NCBI GenBank assembly: GCA_000830275.1 | Contig: CP010424.1 | Coordinates: 1,020,001-1,052,000 of the forward strand | Origin: an archaeon GW2011_AR10 | GTDB taxonomy: Archaea; Iainarchaeota; Iainarchaeia; Iainarchaeales; GW2011-AR10 | Direction: 5' to 3' | Length of the DNA stretch: 32,000 nt | In this document: piece by piece, positions 31,309-32,000 of the stretch | Layout: each line of letters begins with the position of its first letter | How positions within the stretch are numbered: the first letter of the stretch is position 1 | Position numbers and translations under genes: made by a program | Notes under the pieces: generated by a model | The model's input: only the letters and a program-made list of their open reading frames with translations | What the model was told of the DNA's origin: nothing | Database searches by the model: none

Positions 31309-31414
31309 GGGCTCGTGGTCTAGTGGCTTGTTCCGCCAGTTGATTGCTGTGGAACCCATCAATGACAACACGTTTACATCGTGTAGGTCGGCAGTTCGAA
31401 TCTGCCCGGGCCCA
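31309..31414 (+). tRNA. tRNA-Val (anticodon UAC) interrupted by a ~32-nt insertion (putative non-canonical intron) in the D-loop
   Basis: Acceptor GGGCUCG / CGGGCCC plus discriminator A. D-stem GUCU (31318-31321) / UGAC (31363-31366). Anticodon arm ACACG-UUUACAU-CGUGU (anticodon at 31375-31377). Variable loop AGGUC. T-arm GGCAG-UUCGAAU-CUGCC. The total is 106 nt, with 41 nt between the D-stem strands where 8-10 nt are expected. Confidence 0.8.
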
Positions 31415-31535
31415 TTCGGCTGAAACCTCAGCAGGCAAGGTGCAGAAAACCAGTTTTTCCGGTTTCTGTTCACCCACTTTTTGCTAATTGTGAAGCCAAA
31501 AAATATTTATATTAGAAAGGCCATGCTCTCTTTAA

Positions 31536-32000
31536 ATGAAGAAACCAAAACTGTTTTTAGTTTTGATTGCACTGGTTTTTTATTCTGCAGCTGTTTCAGC
31601 TGCTATGGCAAGCAGTATTTCACAGTATGGTATAACTTGGACATTTGACCAAGAGTATGAGACAGGCCAGTTCGTTAACGGCGATTATTGGGTGCTGGGG
31701 CCTGTGACTGTGACGAGTGTGACACCGGTATGGGATGGCAATAAGAATGGGTCAATGCTTGACCCTGTGCCGGGCGCGGATCAATCATATGATACAAGAA
31801 TTAATGATTGGTATAGATACAACGATAGCACTCGGGTGAGGTTTCCCACAACTATCAACGGCATTAAGTCACTCATATCTGTTAGAGGAGTGGACAATTA
31901 CAATTACTCCAGTAGTCAAAAGAGCGCCGTACATAGCGCAGCAGTTTTAACAATCGTGAATGAGGCTGTTCCTGCTGGAACATTCAGACCGGCTTTTGTT
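31536..32000 (+). CDS. Secreted hypothetical protein, N-terminal part (continues past the window end)
   Basis: Hand translation from ATG 31536: MKKPKLFLVLIALVFYSAAVSAAMASSISQYGITWTFDQEYETGQFVNGDYWVLGPVTVTSV... It has a signal peptide and is open to the window edge (155 codons). It is not in the supplied track because it has no stop. Confidence 0.6.
   Translation, partial: MKKPKLFLVLIALVFYSAAVSAAMASSISQYGITWTFDQEYETGQFVNGDYWVLGPVTVTSVTPVWDGNKNGSMLDPVPGADQSYDTRINDWYRYNDSTRVRFPTTINGIKSLISVRGVDNYNYSSSQKSAVHSAAVLTIVNEAVPAGTFRPAFV

Noticed and set aside
31222-31473. 83-aa minus-strand ORF
   Set aside because: It lies antisense across the tRNA-Val gene, which has a complete cloverleaf.

Overview
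Compact archaeal chromosome segment. Genes abut or overlap, and many starts sit 20-35 nt downstream of TTTAAATA-type boxes, which suggests leaderless transcripts. The sequence looks moderately AT-rich by eye.

Archaeal identity rests on several genes:
- RadA, an RPA-type ssDNA-binding protein, GGGP synthase and SRP54.
- The conserved minus-strand cluster Rpp21 / S19e / PDCD5-like / L39e / L31e / aIF6 / LX / prefoldin-alpha / FtsY.

Housekeeping and accessory genes:
- M42 aminopeptidase, a DUF1624 membrane protein, and an ABC-2 exporter pair.
- An SDR epimerase, RtcA, fused RibD, A24 prepilin peptidase and a TRAM protein.
- An IDI-like Nudix protein, a TrmB regulator and thymidylate kinase.
- Two tRNAs: Gly-UCC, and Val-UAC carrying an insertion of about 32 nt in the D-loop.

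The 3' third of the window is a surface-protein island. It holds a transglutaminase-like protein, a 703-aa cohesin / Cys-rich / cupredoxin-like / poly-Gly / TSP3 protein, and a further secreted protein cut by the window edge.

Tight packing, Lys/Glu-tailed ribosomal proteins, large Cys-rich surface proteins and a non-canonical tRNA intron fit a DPANN-like small-genome archaeon. That is inference only.

Most noteworthy observations:
1. Two paralogous class III (QxSxExxxL) signal-peptide proteins, one fused to a lectin/CBM-like domain, sit inside the conserved Rpp21-S19e cluster. The matching prepilin peptidase lies about 8 kb away, immediately downstream of SRP54.
2. A 63-nt hairpin element occurs twice. 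It has the same orientation upstream of the L39e operon and upstream of an orphan unit encoding a 24-aa Ser/Arg micro-ORF.
3. An orphan gene carries seven in-frame 48-nt tandem repeats.
4. An ArsR regulator is fused to a DUF4430-like domain and diverges from a secreted DUF4430 / alpha-alpha-toroid protein.
5. Two structured intergenic regions of unknown RNA class.
6. RadA has a non-canonical Walker A motif.

No CRISPR array, transposase, integrase or rRNA was seen.
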